This document shows positions 19,869 through 29,559 of a DNA stretch of 64,000 nucleotides, one piece after another. The stretch lies in assembly GCA_048270185.1 (NCBI GenBank), contig JBLWTJ010000001.1, forward strand, positions 800,001-864,000. The letters run 5' to 3'. The notes under the pieces were generated by a model that saw nothing but the letters and a program-made list of their open reading frames with translations, was not told where the DNA came from and made no database searches. The position numbers and the translations under genes are program-made. Source of the stretch: Bacteriovoracaceae bacterium. GTDB taxonomy: Bacteria; Bdellovibrionota; Bacteriovoracia; Bacteriovoracales; Bacteriovoracaceae. The stretch's first letter is position 1, and every line of letters begins with the position of its first letter.

Positions 19869-20360
19869 ATGAAAACACCTATTCTTGAAGAGTTTAAACT
19901 CAAGTCTATTGATAAGGAAGAAATCCAAGCTGCGATTAAATCATTTCGTGTTGGTCATCAACCACTCTTCCTTGATGCATCCAAACTTGAAAGAGATCGA
20001 TTAATTAAGCTTTTAGGTCTTCTCTCTAATTGTCTTGAAGAGCAGAATCTTTCACCAAAATTCCCATACCCTTTTTATGTAATCTCTGAAATAGAAGATA
20101 TTTGGACCGGCTTTCCGGTTTTTAAAACACTAGAAGATCTACCAACTTATTATCAATTTGAAGCAACGAGACCGACAAATAAAGAACAAAAGGTTTTAGA
20201 TTTTATCGATATCTCTGCATCAAATATACGTAACGAAGATGTGCAATTATGTCTTGATGAATTTGGACGTACCATTTCTTCGCAACGAATTATTAAGGCC
20301 CTATCAAAAGAGGGTCATAAATTAGAGAAAATTCTCAAAATATTGGAAGCTGAAAAATGA
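19869..20360 (+). CDS. Hypothetical protein
   Basis: 163-aa ORF; extended -10 immediately upstream; overlaps next gene by ATGA. Confidence 0.75.
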   Translation: MKTPILEEFKLKSIDKEEIQAAIKSFRVGHQPLFLDASKLERDRLIKLLGLLSNCLEEQNLSPKFPYPFYVISEIEDIWTGFPVFKTLEDLPTYYQFEATRPTNKEQKVLDFIDISASNIRNEDVQLCLDEFGRTISSQRIIKALSKEGHKLEKILKILEAEK

Positions 20361-20698
20361 GCGATAACGACGACGATATCAAGAAGATTGATAAGCATAT
20401 TCGTAAGGTCTTAGGAGATGAGTTTGCTCCTGCGCAAACACGTCCCCTTCAACAAAATGATGGGCATAAGCTGACGAACTTCTTAGATATTGAAAAGAAC
20501 AGGATCAAGCAATTAAAGGACTTTTTCCAAACACGTATTCCCAATGTAATTGAACTCAATCAATTTGATGAACTTATGCAGGAATTAGTGGAATACAATG
20601 ACAGCTTACGCGCCCGAGTGTTAAAGAAAACCATGCAAAAAGACTCTAAAATGAGCAATAATCTTAAACAAATATTTAATAAGACATTCATCGAATAA
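20357..20698 (+). CDS. Hypothetical protein
   Basis: 113-aa ORF translationally coupled to the previous gene. Confidence 0.7.
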   Translation: MSDNDDDIKKIDKHIRKVLGDEFAPAQTRPLQQNDGHKLTNFLDIEKNRIKQLKDFFQTRIPNVIELNQFDELMQELVEYNDSLRARVLKKTMQKDSKMSNNLKQIFNKTFIE

Positions 20699-20708
20699 GG
20701 AGTTGATA

Positions 20709-21212
20709 ATGAAGAAGTTTATGCTGTTAGCACTACTATGTGCAACGACAATGGCCATTAGACCAGAGACTGTTGAAATCTCAGGAGATAATGGTGGACG
20801 CCTTGATGGAAAGGCTTGGTCATCAAATGAGCTAAAGGGAAAAGTACACGTTCTCTTCTACGTTGATCCAGATGAAAAAGATCTTAACAATCACGCTTCA
20901 GAAGCTCTTGCGAATGAGAAATTTGACCGCAAGAAATACGGTTCAGTTGCTGTTATTAATATGGATGCAACTTGGCTTCCAAATTCAATCCTAGAAGGTG
21001 CTCTTGAAGATAAGCAAAAGAAGTACCCAGATACTCTTTACGTAAAAGACCTTGAAAAAGTTCTAGTTAAGAAGTGGGACGGAATTGTAAAAGATGATGA
21101 TTCAAATATCATCGTTTTTGATAAAGGTGGAAATATCATCTTTAAAATCAATGGAAAAGCATCTGAAAAACAAGTTCAAGAAATGATCGGTCTGATCAAA
21201 AAGAATATGTAG
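20709..21212 (+). CDS. YtfJ-family exported protein
   Basis: AAGGAG RBS, signal peptide, WSSNELKGKVHVLFY motif. Confidence 0.75.
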   Translation: MKKFMLLALLCATTMAIRPETVEISGDNGGRLDGKAWSSNELKGKVHVLFYVDPDEKDLNNHASEALANEKFDRKKYGSVAVINMDATWLPNSILEGALEDKQKKYPDTLYVKDLEKVLVKKWDGIVKDDDSNIIVFDKGGNIIFKINGKASEKQVQEMIGLIKKNM

Positions 21213-21248
21213 GGTGCCATGCTCCTTTGGTTTCGCACCTGCTAAATA
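21213..21248 (+). repeat. Left REP-like inverted repeat
   Basis: ggtgccatgctcctttggtttcgcacctgctaaata, preceded by GTAG; ggtgc/gcacc stem. Confidence 0.85.
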
Positions 21249-21277
21249 AAAGGCTCCACAAGGAGCCTTTTTTATTT
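21244..21277 (+). terminator. Intrinsic (possibly bidirectional) terminator downstream of the ytfJ-like gene
   Basis: aaaaggctcc-acaa-ggagcctttt with T-run. Confidence 0.85.
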
Positions 21278-21350
21278 CAAAATTAAAATAATAACTTATT
21301 TATTAAATTTATCACTAATTACCGCCTGATTTAGTGCTAGTCGATACGAC

Positions 21351-21959
21351 ATGCCAAGAAAATCAATTATTAGAACAAATGAATTTCCCTATCATGTCTA
21401 TATCAGGACAAATAACAAAGAATGGTTTGATATACCAATGCCCAGAGTTTGGCATATCTGTCAAAAGTCGATTAAATACGCACTTAATAATATCCAAGTT
21501 GATATTCAAGCATTTGTCTTAATGTCTAATCACTATCACCTACTTATCTGGACACCTAATAGTGATATCGATAAGTTCATGTTCTACTTGAATTCACATT
21601 TAAGTAAGCTAATTAGAAAAGAAAATGGAAGAGTTAACCGAATATTTGGAGATCGTTATAAGTGGAGTTTAATACAAGATCAACAGTATTATCTAACTGT
21701 TTTAAGATATATTTACCAAAATCCTAATCGTAAGAACTTGACCGATAAATGTGAGGATTATGAATACTCTACACTCTACTACTATCTAAAAGGATTAAAC
21801 TTAGGCTACAAACTAAAAGACCCTATACACGGTGACATTAATAATTTTTTAGAATGGGTTAACCAAGAAGATAAGAAATTATCAAATAGCATGATTCGAG
21901 ATTCTTTAGGCCGTCCCATATTTAAAATAAAAGCAACTCGATCCTCAAGGCGTATTTAG
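21351..21959 (+). CDS. REP-associated tyrosine transposase (RAYT, Y1 HUH family)
   Basis: MPRK start, YHVYIRTNN, FVLMSNHYHLL (HUH), RYIYQNP (catalytic Tyr), YEYST. Confidence 0.9.
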   Translation: MPRKSIIRTNEFPYHVYIRTNNKEWFDIPMPRVWHICQKSIKYALNNIQVDIQAFVLMSNHYHLLIWTPNSDIDKFMFYLNSHLSKLIRKENGRVNRIFGDRYKWSLIQDQQYYLTVLRYIYQNPNRKNLTDKCEDYEYSTLYYYLKGLNLGYKLKDPIHGDINNFLEWVNQEDKKLSNSMIRDSLGRPIFKIKATRSSRRI

Positions 21960-21988
21960 CACGTGCGAAACCAAAGGAGCATGGCACC
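21953..21988 (-). repeat. Right REP-like inverted repeat
   Basis: tatttagcacgtgcgaaaccaaaggagcatggcacc is the reverse complement of the left copy with 1 mismatch. Confidence 0.85.
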
Positions 21989-23655
21989 TACTCTTTAATA
22001 ATTGTCACTTCATTCATTAAAACAGGATAGCTCTTACGAAGCTTCTTGCCGTTCTTTAGAACATAAGGCCATTCAATTGTCACTTCTTCGACTTTCTCAT
22101 TTCCAAGTCCGATGTGAACGAGGGAAGAGTTTTGAGGTTGAAATTGGCCAAATGAATAGTAGTGCTGTCTTGTGTAGGTCTTTCCACCCTTTGTATCCAC
22201 GATAACTTTGGCTCCAATAGCATCGCGGTTCGACTTCTTTCCTATAAGTTTAAGCTTAATGAAATTCTTTTGTGGAAGGCGATTTTCAAACAGGTAAACG
22301 CGAGGCTTAATTCTAAAGTCGCGAGTATTAACTTGAATCGTTAGAATATCCATACGGCCATCGCCATTATAATCAAAAGTTACAGTAGAGCTTGGGTTGA
22401 CGATATCAATTCCATATTCTTTTTCTCGTCCAACTAATTCGTGGTCATTTTCTTGAACGAAAGTGACAAGACGTGAATTAGGAGGGAATCCTGAGTTATC
22501 GATAATAAGATCGATTAGGCCGTCATTATTTAAATCAGTCCAAAGACCTCTCATATCACCTTGGTTCCAGTTTAAACTTCCACCATCATTAGTGTATTCA
22601 GTACGAAGAAATGAAATTTTTCGACGTCCTTCATTTGTTAATATACTAGAGCGATCACGTGATTCAGGGTCAATGGCCTTCGAAATCTCCCCCATCGCAA
22701 TATCGTAGTAGCCATCATTATTATAATCGCCACATATTGCAAAAGTTGAGTTACCTCCATTATGAAGACCACCACTTCTTATGGAGTCCATTGCATAGCC
22801 AGAACTTCTTCCAGCATCTTCATAAATAATATTCTTTCCTTGCTTACGCGAGAGCCAGAGTTTATTAGCGTATCCAGCGGAATTACTTGTTAGGATATCG
22901 GGAAATCCATCATTATTGATATCACAAATACTTGATGAGAATGTTGGTGAGATATAGATTTCTTGATCGGCCACTTCGTCGAGTTCAGTTGTTAGGGCGC
23001 CAGAAATATCATGAAGCTTCTTATCTTTATTTGTATAGAGTTCGTTAGCAACAGGGACTCCCCCTTTGCTCATATCAAACCAATTTGAAACAAAGACGTC
23101 GAGATTTCCATCATTATCATAGTCAAATAGGTTGGCACTTGTAATAGGAGCAATCGACTTGAATGAAAGCTCTCCAGCTTGTCTAAAAATGATACTGTCG
23201 TTACGAGACTTATGACCAAAAAATACTCTAATTGGTTTTTTAGTAAGTGCAGACTTTTGATTATGAAGCCCCACCATCACATCAGTGATGCCATCCTTGT
23301 TAAAATCTGAAAATTGCAGGAATGTAGCCTGAACATCTTCTTCAAAGTAAATATTCTTGGCCTTAACAAAACCACCTTCTCTTGTGGCCAAGTAGAATTC
23401 AACTGGCGAATAATTTCCCTTAAGAAAGGCCAAGTCCTCTAATCCATCTTGATTAAAGTCATAAACATAGACACGACTTGCAGAAATTCCTCCAAGTCCA
23501 ACTTTTTCAGTCACATCAACAAAATCTTGAGATGGCTTACTTGGCCCATAATTTATAGGAGGTGCTTTTTTAATTTCTTTTTGCTTTCTTAATTTTTTTA
23601 AGGAGCAACTTGCTAGGAGTGCAAGAGATAGAATGATAAGAGAAGATTTATTCAT
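21988..23655 (-). CDS. CRTAC1-like lipoprotein (FG-GAP repeats + ASPIC/UnbV)
   Basis: Lipobox LASC; repeated DxNxDGxxD motifs; NRDAIGAKV..HIGLG..IEWP. Confidence 0.88.
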   Translation of the reverse strand: MNKSSLIILSLALLASCSLKKLRKQKEIKKAPPINYGPSKPSQDFVDVTEKVGLGGISASRVYVYDFNQDGLEDLAFLKGNYSPVEFYLATREGGFVKAKNIYFEEDVQATFLQFSDFNKDGITDVMVGLHNQKSALTKKPIRVFFGHKSRNDSIIFRQAGELSFKSIAPITSANLFDYDNDGNLDVFVSNWFDMSKGGVPVANELYTNKDKKLHDISGALTTELDEVADQEIYISPTFSSSICDINNDGFPDILTSNSAGYANKLWLSRKQGKNIIYEDAGRSSGYAMDSIRSGGLHNGGNSTFAICGDYNNDGYYDIAMGEISKAIDPESRDRSSILTNEGRRKISFLRTEYTNDGGSLNWNQGDMRGLWTDLNNDGLIDLIIDNSGFPPNSRLVTFVQENDHELVGREKEYGIDIVNPSSTVTFDYNGDGRMDILTIQVNTRDFRIKPRVYLFENRLPQKNFIKLKLIGKKSNRDAIGAKVIVDTKGGKTYTRQHYYSFGQFQPQNSSLVHIGLGNEKVEEVTIEWPYVLKNGKKLRKSYPVLMNEVTIIKE

Positions 23656-23668
23656 ATAAATATTCTAA

Positions 23669-23697
23669 TAGGCCCTAGAAGAATTTACTAGGGCCTA
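23669..23697 (-). terminator. Hairpin downstream of the acyl-CoA dehydrogenase gene
   Basis: taggccctag-N9-ctagggccta. Confidence 0.65.
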
Positions 23698-23709
23698 AGA
23701 GATTATTTT

Positions 23710-25476
23710 TTAGAATTCGATAATATCTAGTCCGTATCCATCAAATTCACATACTTGATCTGATGTTTCTTTAACAATTTTATCATCGTGAGAAGTCATG
23801 GCCTTAACATTTGTGACAACAATTGCTCTAGCATCTTTAAGAGCAACTTTTGCTAGGTTAAGAGCATAGTCTTTCTTCTTTTGATCAACTTTATCACTTT
23901 CTAAGATTGAAGTTGTACGAGAGATAACAGCAAGAATAACGTATAAATTAATTGCCATATCTGCGATACGCTTTTGTGGAAGCTCATTTCCGATAATATT
24001 CTTACCGTACTTCATCAGAGTGTTTTCAACTTGAATTGCAAATTGTCCAAGAAGAGTATTAAACTTTCCTGCTTCTTTTTCTAATTTAGGGTGCGCTTTT
24101 GTAATTAGACGTTGTCCAATCATCTTTGAAAAACGACCTTTAGCAAAGTTAGTTAAAACACCAACTGATTTAATTGGATCTTGAAGAGCTTTTGAAACAT
24201 CTGTAGCCTTCCCTAACTCCTTCATGCTCTCAGATGGGTTTCTGATACCAGATAGAGCAAGGAAGATACGAAGAATTTCGTTTGTTCCTTCGAAAATCAT
24301 GTTGATTCTTGAGTCTCTCATATATCTTTCATAAGGATACTCTTTCATATAACCGTTACCAGCTGCAATCTGCATCCCTTGGTCAACTACTTCCCAAAGT
24401 GATTCTGAACCATAAACCTTACAAACAGCAGTTTCAAGGTAGTAGTCTTTTAGGCCCTTGCACATATTACCAGTTGTCATATAAACGATTGATTCAGTTG
24501 CATAGATTCTTGCGGCCATGAGAGCTAGCTTATCTTGGATAAGACCAAACTCAGCAATTGGAGCACCAAATTGCTTACGTCCTTTTGCGTGTTCAGTTGC
24601 CATTTTTAGAATTGACTTCATCCCACCAACACAACCTGCACCTAGAGATAGACGTCCAGAGTTAAGAACGTTCATTGCAATCTTGAAACCTTTTCCAAGC
24701 TCACCGATGATATTCTCTTTTGGAACGATTACCTTGTCGAAGTAGACAGCACGTGTTTCTGAAGCACGAATCCCCATCTTTCTTTCTTTTTCTCCGAAAG
24801 AGACACCTTCCATATCTTTTTCAACGATGAAACAAGAGATCTTCTCTTTAACTTCACCATCAATTTCATGGTCTGTTTTAGCGAAAACACTATAGAATTC
24901 AGCTGTTCCAGCATTTGTAATCCAAAGTTTTTGACCAGTAAGAGTATATGTACCATCACCGTTATCAACTGCTTTTGTCTTAATTGAGTAAGCATCAGAA
25001 CCTGATCCTGGCTCAGTTAGACAAAATGAAGCAAGTTTTTCACCACTAGCAAGAGCTGGAAGCCACTTAGCTTTTTGTTCTTCTGTACCCTCATTTAATA
25101 GTGCACGGTAACCAATTGACTGGTGAGCACCAATCATTGTTGCAACTGCTCCATCAAATGAAGCAACTTCTGCAAAAACGCGGCTATAAAGAGTATAATC
25201 AAGACCTAGACCACCTAGCTCTTCCTTTACACCCATACCAAATAGTCCTAGCTCTGCAAGACCTTGCATAACTTCTGGTGGGATTTTTGATTCTTCATCC
25301 ATTTTTTCACAATCAAGAGTATCTTCACAGAATCTATTAACTGCATTGATCATTTCACGACCAAAATCTTGTTGCTCATCAGTAAAACCAGGGAATGGGA
25401 AAACATTCTCTTCTTTTACTTCACCAAAGAATAGTCCTCCAACAATTGAGTCCATCATTTGTTTTTCTTCACTCAT
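23710..25476 (-). CDS. Acyl-CoA dehydrogenase (VLCAD/ACAD9-like)
   Basis: [43 protein letters not shown]; long C-terminus. Confidence 0.95.
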   Translation of the reverse strand: MSEEKQMMDSIVGGLFFGEVKEENVFPFPGFTDEQQDFGREMINAVNRFCEDTLDCEKMDEESKIPPEVMQGLAELGLFGMGVKEELGGLGLDYTLYSRVFAEVASFDGAVATMIGAHQSIGYRALLNEGTEEQKAKWLPALASGEKLASFCLTEPGSGSDAYSIKTKAVDNGDGTYTLTGQKLWITNAGTAEFYSVFAKTDHEIDGEVKEKISCFIVEKDMEGVSFGEKERKMGIRASETRAVYFDKVIVPKENIIGELGKGFKIAMNVLNSGRLSLGAGCVGGMKSILKMATEHAKGRKQFGAPIAEFGLIQDKLALMAARIYATESIVYMTTGNMCKGLKDYYLETAVCKVYGSESLWEVVDQGMQIAAGNGYMKEYPYERYMRDSRINMIFEGTNEILRIFLALSGIRNPSESMKELGKATDVSKALQDPIKSVGVLTNFAKGRFSKMIGQRLITKAHPKLEKEAGKFNTLLGQFAIQVENTLMKYGKNIIGNELPQKRIADMAINLYVILAVISRTTSILESDKVDQKKKDYALNLAKVALKDARAIVVTNVKAMTSHDDKIVKETSDQVCEFDGYGLDIIEF

Positions 25477-25717
25477 CTAAAAGTCCTTTTTAAATCCATA
25501 AGTTTGGATAAATAATAAATTGACTGAAATTCCCTGACATTTTAGCACGACTTTTGTCAAAATATCAAAGCAAACACTTATTAAGTTTAACCGACTCATA
25601 TGCTCGGCCATAAACAAAGAAAAATCTTACCGAATATTTCAAAGGTTGATGCTTTGGGTAAACAACCTTAAAATACTATAAGGTATTAAAATATAAAAAC
25701 TTTCAAGAAGAAACTTA

Positions 25718-27169
25718 ATGACGAAAAAGAAAGGATTCTTTTCAAAGATTAAATCTAAATTATCCAAAGATCAGGATGATGCTGATTTTGTTGACGCAGA
25801 AATCGAGTCGACAGATGAAGAATATGAGGATGAAGAGTACGAAGAAGAGGAAGAGTACGAAGACGAGTACGAAGACGTCGACTCCGTAAACGCAGACTCA
25901 CACACTCCACCGATCCCTGTTGTTGAAGACCCTACTCTCGAGGTCTATATTGATGAGCTGAGCTCAGAAGACAGTGACGAAGATAAAGGCTTTCTCAATA
26001 AGATTAAGAGTAAGTTAACAAAGAAATCCAACATTGACGACGAAGACTCTGAAGAAGATGACTTCGATGACGAACTCGAAGATGACGACTCAGACGAGCA
26101 AGAAGTTGATGAAAGTGAAAAATACAATGTCATGCAACGTATGCTCAATCGCATTAAAGACAAAGCACAAGATATCGATCTCTCTCGCGGGATTCCCAAA
26201 AAATCAAAAGGACAATCTTCTGGTGTCCAATACCTACTCCCTAATCTTCTAAGTTCTGAGTCACGTCCAAAGATTCATCAGTATTTCATTATCTTGCTTG
26301 CCTGTGTTTTCCTATACCAAATTGGAAAGGTTGCCGCCCTCTTTTTAAATAAGAAGGATAATGTCTCTAATATTCAAACTAATTTCAGCCGCCCTCGTAC
26401 TTTCGATTATAACGAACCGATAGCGAATATTAGAAATTACAATCCATTTAATATTCAAGAGGACGAAAATGATAAGCCTCAAGAAGTTAAGAAGCCAAAG
26501 AATGTTGTCAAAGTATGTAAAGAAGCAACAATTGAATCAAGGCTAGGACTTAAGCTTGAGAATACAATCGTTCTTCAAAATAGCATGAAGTCTGTTGCAA
26601 GTATAAAAAACCGTAACAAAGTTTTAAACATTAGAATCGGCTCTAAGATTGATAATATGGCAGAGATCGGAAATATCACACGTCAACGTGTGGTCTTTAA
26701 GAACTTAAGATCTGGTGAGTGTGAGTTCATTGCTAATGTTGATAATAAGTCGAAGCGCTTTGAGAGAAAGGCAAAGACAAAGGTTCACCCGCCAAGTGCA
26801 GCTAAAACACTAATGCCAGAGTTCAACAAAGATATTGCAGTTGAAGGTAATAACTTCAAAATTAAAAAGCAACTTAGAGATCAACTACTCTCTAATATCG
26901 GAGATGTACTTACACAGGCCAAGGCCATTACAATAAAAAACCCAGATGGAACACTATGCTTTAAGATGACAGAAGTTAAGGCCGGTTCAATCTACTCTTA
27001 CCTAAATGTACAAAATGATGATGTTATTTGTGAAATCAATGGGTCATCAATTAACAATATTAATCAGATAATGGGAATGTTCGGAAATATTAAATCAACA
27101 GACTATTATCAATTAGGTATTAAACGCGGTGGCGTTCAACAAAGTTACAATTACAATTTTGTCGACTAA
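25718..27169 (+). CDS. gspC: T2SS protein C with long acidic N-terminus and PDZ domain
   Basis: First gene of the gsp operon; single TM, HR-like region, C-terminal PDZ-like (DVICEING). Confidence 0.75.
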   Translation: MTKKKGFFSKIKSKLSKDQDDADFVDAEIESTDEEYEDEEYEEEEEYEDEYEDVDSVNADSHTPPIPVVEDPTLEVYIDELSSEDSDEDKGFLNKIKSKLTKKSNIDDEDSEEDDFDDELEDDDSDEQEVDESEKYNVMQRMLNRIKDKAQDIDLSRGIPKKSKGQSSGVQYLLPNLLSSESRPKIHQYFIILLACVFLYQIGKVAALFLNKKDNVSNIQTNFSRPRTFDYNEPIANIRNYNPFNIQEDENDKPQEVKKPKNVVKVCKEATIESRLGLKLENTIVLQNSMKSVASIKNRNKVLNIRIGSKIDNMAEIGNITRQRVVFKNLRSGECEFIANVDNKSKRFERKAKTKVHPPSAAKTLMPEFNKDIAVEGNNFKIKKQLRDQLLSNIGDVLTQAKAITIKNPDGTLCFKMTEVKAGSIYSYLNVQNDDVICEINGSSINNINQIMGMFGNIKSTDYYQLGIKRGGVQQSYNYNFVD

Positions 27170-27184
27170 ATATAGGGATCATGG

Positions 27185-29539
27185 ATGAAAAAACTATTTT
27201 TAAACCTATCTGCTCTTTCTTTACTTTGTCTTTCAGTGCCAACGCATGCGCAGTTTAGGCAGTTTAAATCGAAGACTAAAGTAAATCGAGACTCTGCTCC
27301 ATCAGCTGCAAGTCTACTTGACAGTAGTGCTTCTTCTGGCAGCGATGCTTTTGGTCGACAAGAAACGTCTCCAAAGAAATCAGATGATGCTTTTGTTAAC
27401 TTAAATCCTGAAACAGCATTTGGGCCAGAGATCATTACAAGTTTTGACTTTGAAGACACTTCCCTACAAGACCTGACAAAGCACATGCAAAAACTTACTG
27501 GTCTTAACCTCATTATCGACAAAGATTTAAAAGGGAAAATCACAATTTCAGCGCCAAATGCCATTACTGTTGGTGATGCATGGAAAGCCTACCTTGCAGC
27601 TCTTAATATGAATGGACTAACAATGGTTAAGTCAGGTGCTTTCTATAAGATCGTTCAAGCAAGAGATATTCGTTACGTTCCGACAAAGATCTATACTGGA
27701 AACTATGTTCCAGAAACTGAAAACTACTTAATGAAAATTATCGCCCTTAAGAATATTGACTCAACAGAGGTTTCAAGATCATTTAGACCTTTCATGTCTC
27801 GCTATGGACGTATTATTGAAATCAAACAAACAAATACAATTATCATTCAGGATACTGGTTCCAATATCAACCGTCTTATGAGTTTAATTAAATTCATCGA
27901 TGTTCCTGGCCATGAAGAAACACTTCAAATTATCCCTGTAAAAAATACTTCTGCTTCAGAAATTGCAAAACTTCTTGATAAGATTCTAAAAGATGACTCT
28001 TCAAAGAAAACAGCTCGTCGCTCTAGTGATGGTGGAGGACAGAGTATTTCAAAGCTTACAGCAGAACCGAGAACAAACTCGATTATTGCCATGGCAAACT
28101 CAAGTGGAGCTAAGAGACTAAAAGAGCTAATTAATAAGCTTGATGTTGAACTAGTTGCTTCAAATAACGAACAAATCCACGTCTACTATCTCTACCACGG
28201 TGATGCTGAAGATATTTCAAAAACTCTATCAGAGCTAGTTAGTGGTTCTAAGTCGAGTTCAAGTTCAAGAACAGCAAGAACTTCACGTTTTTCTCGAGCA
28301 GCACAAAATGATGCCAACGAGTTATTTAACGCTGAAGTTAGGGTTACGGCCGATAAATCAAATAACGCTCTCGTTGTTACTGCCTCTCCTACAGACTGGC
28401 TTACACTTGAGAAAGTTATTAAGAAGCTAGACCAACCGAGAGACCAAGTCTTTATCGAAGGTCTTATTATGGAAACAAATATTTCGAAGTCACGTGACTT
28501 AGGTGTTTCAATCGTTGGTGCATATGGTTCAGGTGCTGCAAGTCGTGCTGGTTCAATTCAGGGGACTTCAGGTACAACTCTGACTAGTCTACTAACAGGT
28601 AACTGGACTTCACTTGGTGGTCTATTTGCCGGAATTGGTTCAGGTAAGAAAATTGAAACAACTGTTGGTGGACAGACTGTTGAAATTGACTCATTCAACG
28701 CACTTGTTTCAGCTTTTGCAAGTAATGGTGATACAAATATTCTTTCAACTCCTCAACTACTAGTTCAAGATAATACTGAAGGTGTCTTTGAAGTTGGTGA
28801 GAAGGTTCCAGTTCCAAAAGAAACTCAAGCGGCCAATGGTTCGACATCAACGTCACTTGAAACACAGAACGTAACATTGAAAATGAAGATCACTCCACAA
28901 ATTAATAAAGTGACTCGTTATATTAAACTTAAAATCGATCAAAACTTTGAAGACTTTTCAAGTCGTGCCCTACCATCAGGTGTACAAAATGTTGGAGTTG
29001 GAACAGTCGTAAGAAGTGCTGTGACAACAGTGACAGTTAGAGATCGTGACACAATTGCCATGGGTGGGATGATGAGAGACAAGACTGTTGACTCAGTTTC
29101 TAAAGTTCCTCTACTGGGTGACATTCCAGTTCTTGGTTGGCTATTTAAGAACACAAGTTCTCAGACAGAAAAATTAAACCTTCTCTACTTCCTAACTCCA
29201 AGCATTCTTGATAACTATCAAGACGATGTTGCTAAGTCTGTTAAAGAAGGTCTTAATCGTCGTGCAGCTCACCTAAAAGAGCACCATGGAGAAAAAGATC
29301 CATTTAAAGCAACAGCTAAAGGTCTATACAATAAAGCACAAAAACAGCAAGAAGGTCCTCTTTACGATAAGGATCGTGCTAAGTTCTATCAAGACCAAAA
29401 TAACGATAGTGTTATGAATGAGAGCAATGGCAAAAGCGATCAGGACGTTCCAAACTACAAGGAAATTGTTCAACAAGTACAAAATAAGAAAGCGGCTGCA
29501 AAAAAAGCTAGCAATCAAGACGTTATTATTAAAAAGTAA
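27185..29539 (+). CDS. gspD: T2SS secretin
   Basis: Signal peptide, N-domains, QVFIEGLIME, ILSTPQL, KVPLLGDIPVLGWLF. Confidence 0.95.
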   Translation: MKKLFLNLSALSLLCLSVPTHAQFRQFKSKTKVNRDSAPSAASLLDSSASSGSDAFGRQETSPKKSDDAFVNLNPETAFGPEIITSFDFEDTSLQDLTKHMQKLTGLNLIIDKDLKGKITISAPNAITVGDAWKAYLAALNMNGLTMVKSGAFYKIVQARDIRYVPTKIYTGNYVPETENYLMKIIALKNIDSTEVSRSFRPFMSRYGRIIEIKQTNTIIIQDTGSNINRLMSLIKFIDVPGHEETLQIIPVKNTSASEIAKLLDKILKDDSSKKTARRSSDGGGQSISKLTAEPRTNSIIAMANSSGAKRLKELINKLDVELVASNNEQIHVYYLYHGDAEDISKTLSELVSGSKSSSSSRTARTSRFSRAAQNDANELFNAEVRVTADKSNNALVVTASPTDWLTLEKVIKKLDQPRDQVFIEGLIMETNISKSRDLGVSIVGAYGSGAASRAGSIQGTSGTTLTSLLTGNWTSLGGLFAGIGSGKKIETTVGGQTVEIDSFNALVSAFASNGDTNILSTPQLLVQDNTEGVFEVGEKVPVPKETQAANGSTSTSLETQNVTLKMKITPQINKVTRYIKLKIDQNFEDFSSRALPSGVQNVGVGTVVRSAVTTVTVRDRDTIAMGGMMRDKTVDSVSKVPLLGDIPVLGWLFKNTSSQTEKLNLLYFLTPSILDNYQDDVAKSVKEGLNRRAAHLKEHHGEKDPFKATAKGLYNKAQKQQEGPLYDKDRAKFYQDQNNDSVMNESNGKSDQDVPNYKEIVQQVQNKKAAAKKASNQDVIIKK

Positions 29540-29559
29540 TTTAGAGGCTAAATATTTTT

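Larger units (their letters stand above)
21213..21988. mobile_element. RAYT transposase unit bounded by 36-bp inverted REP-like repeats
   Basis: IRs at 21213-21248 and 21953-21988 (35/36 identical) flank an HUH transposase. Confidence 0.75.

Noticed and set aside
25945..26252. Ser-rich and Thr/Met-rich short ORFs
   Set aside because: Alternative-frame shadows of the acidic GspC N-terminus
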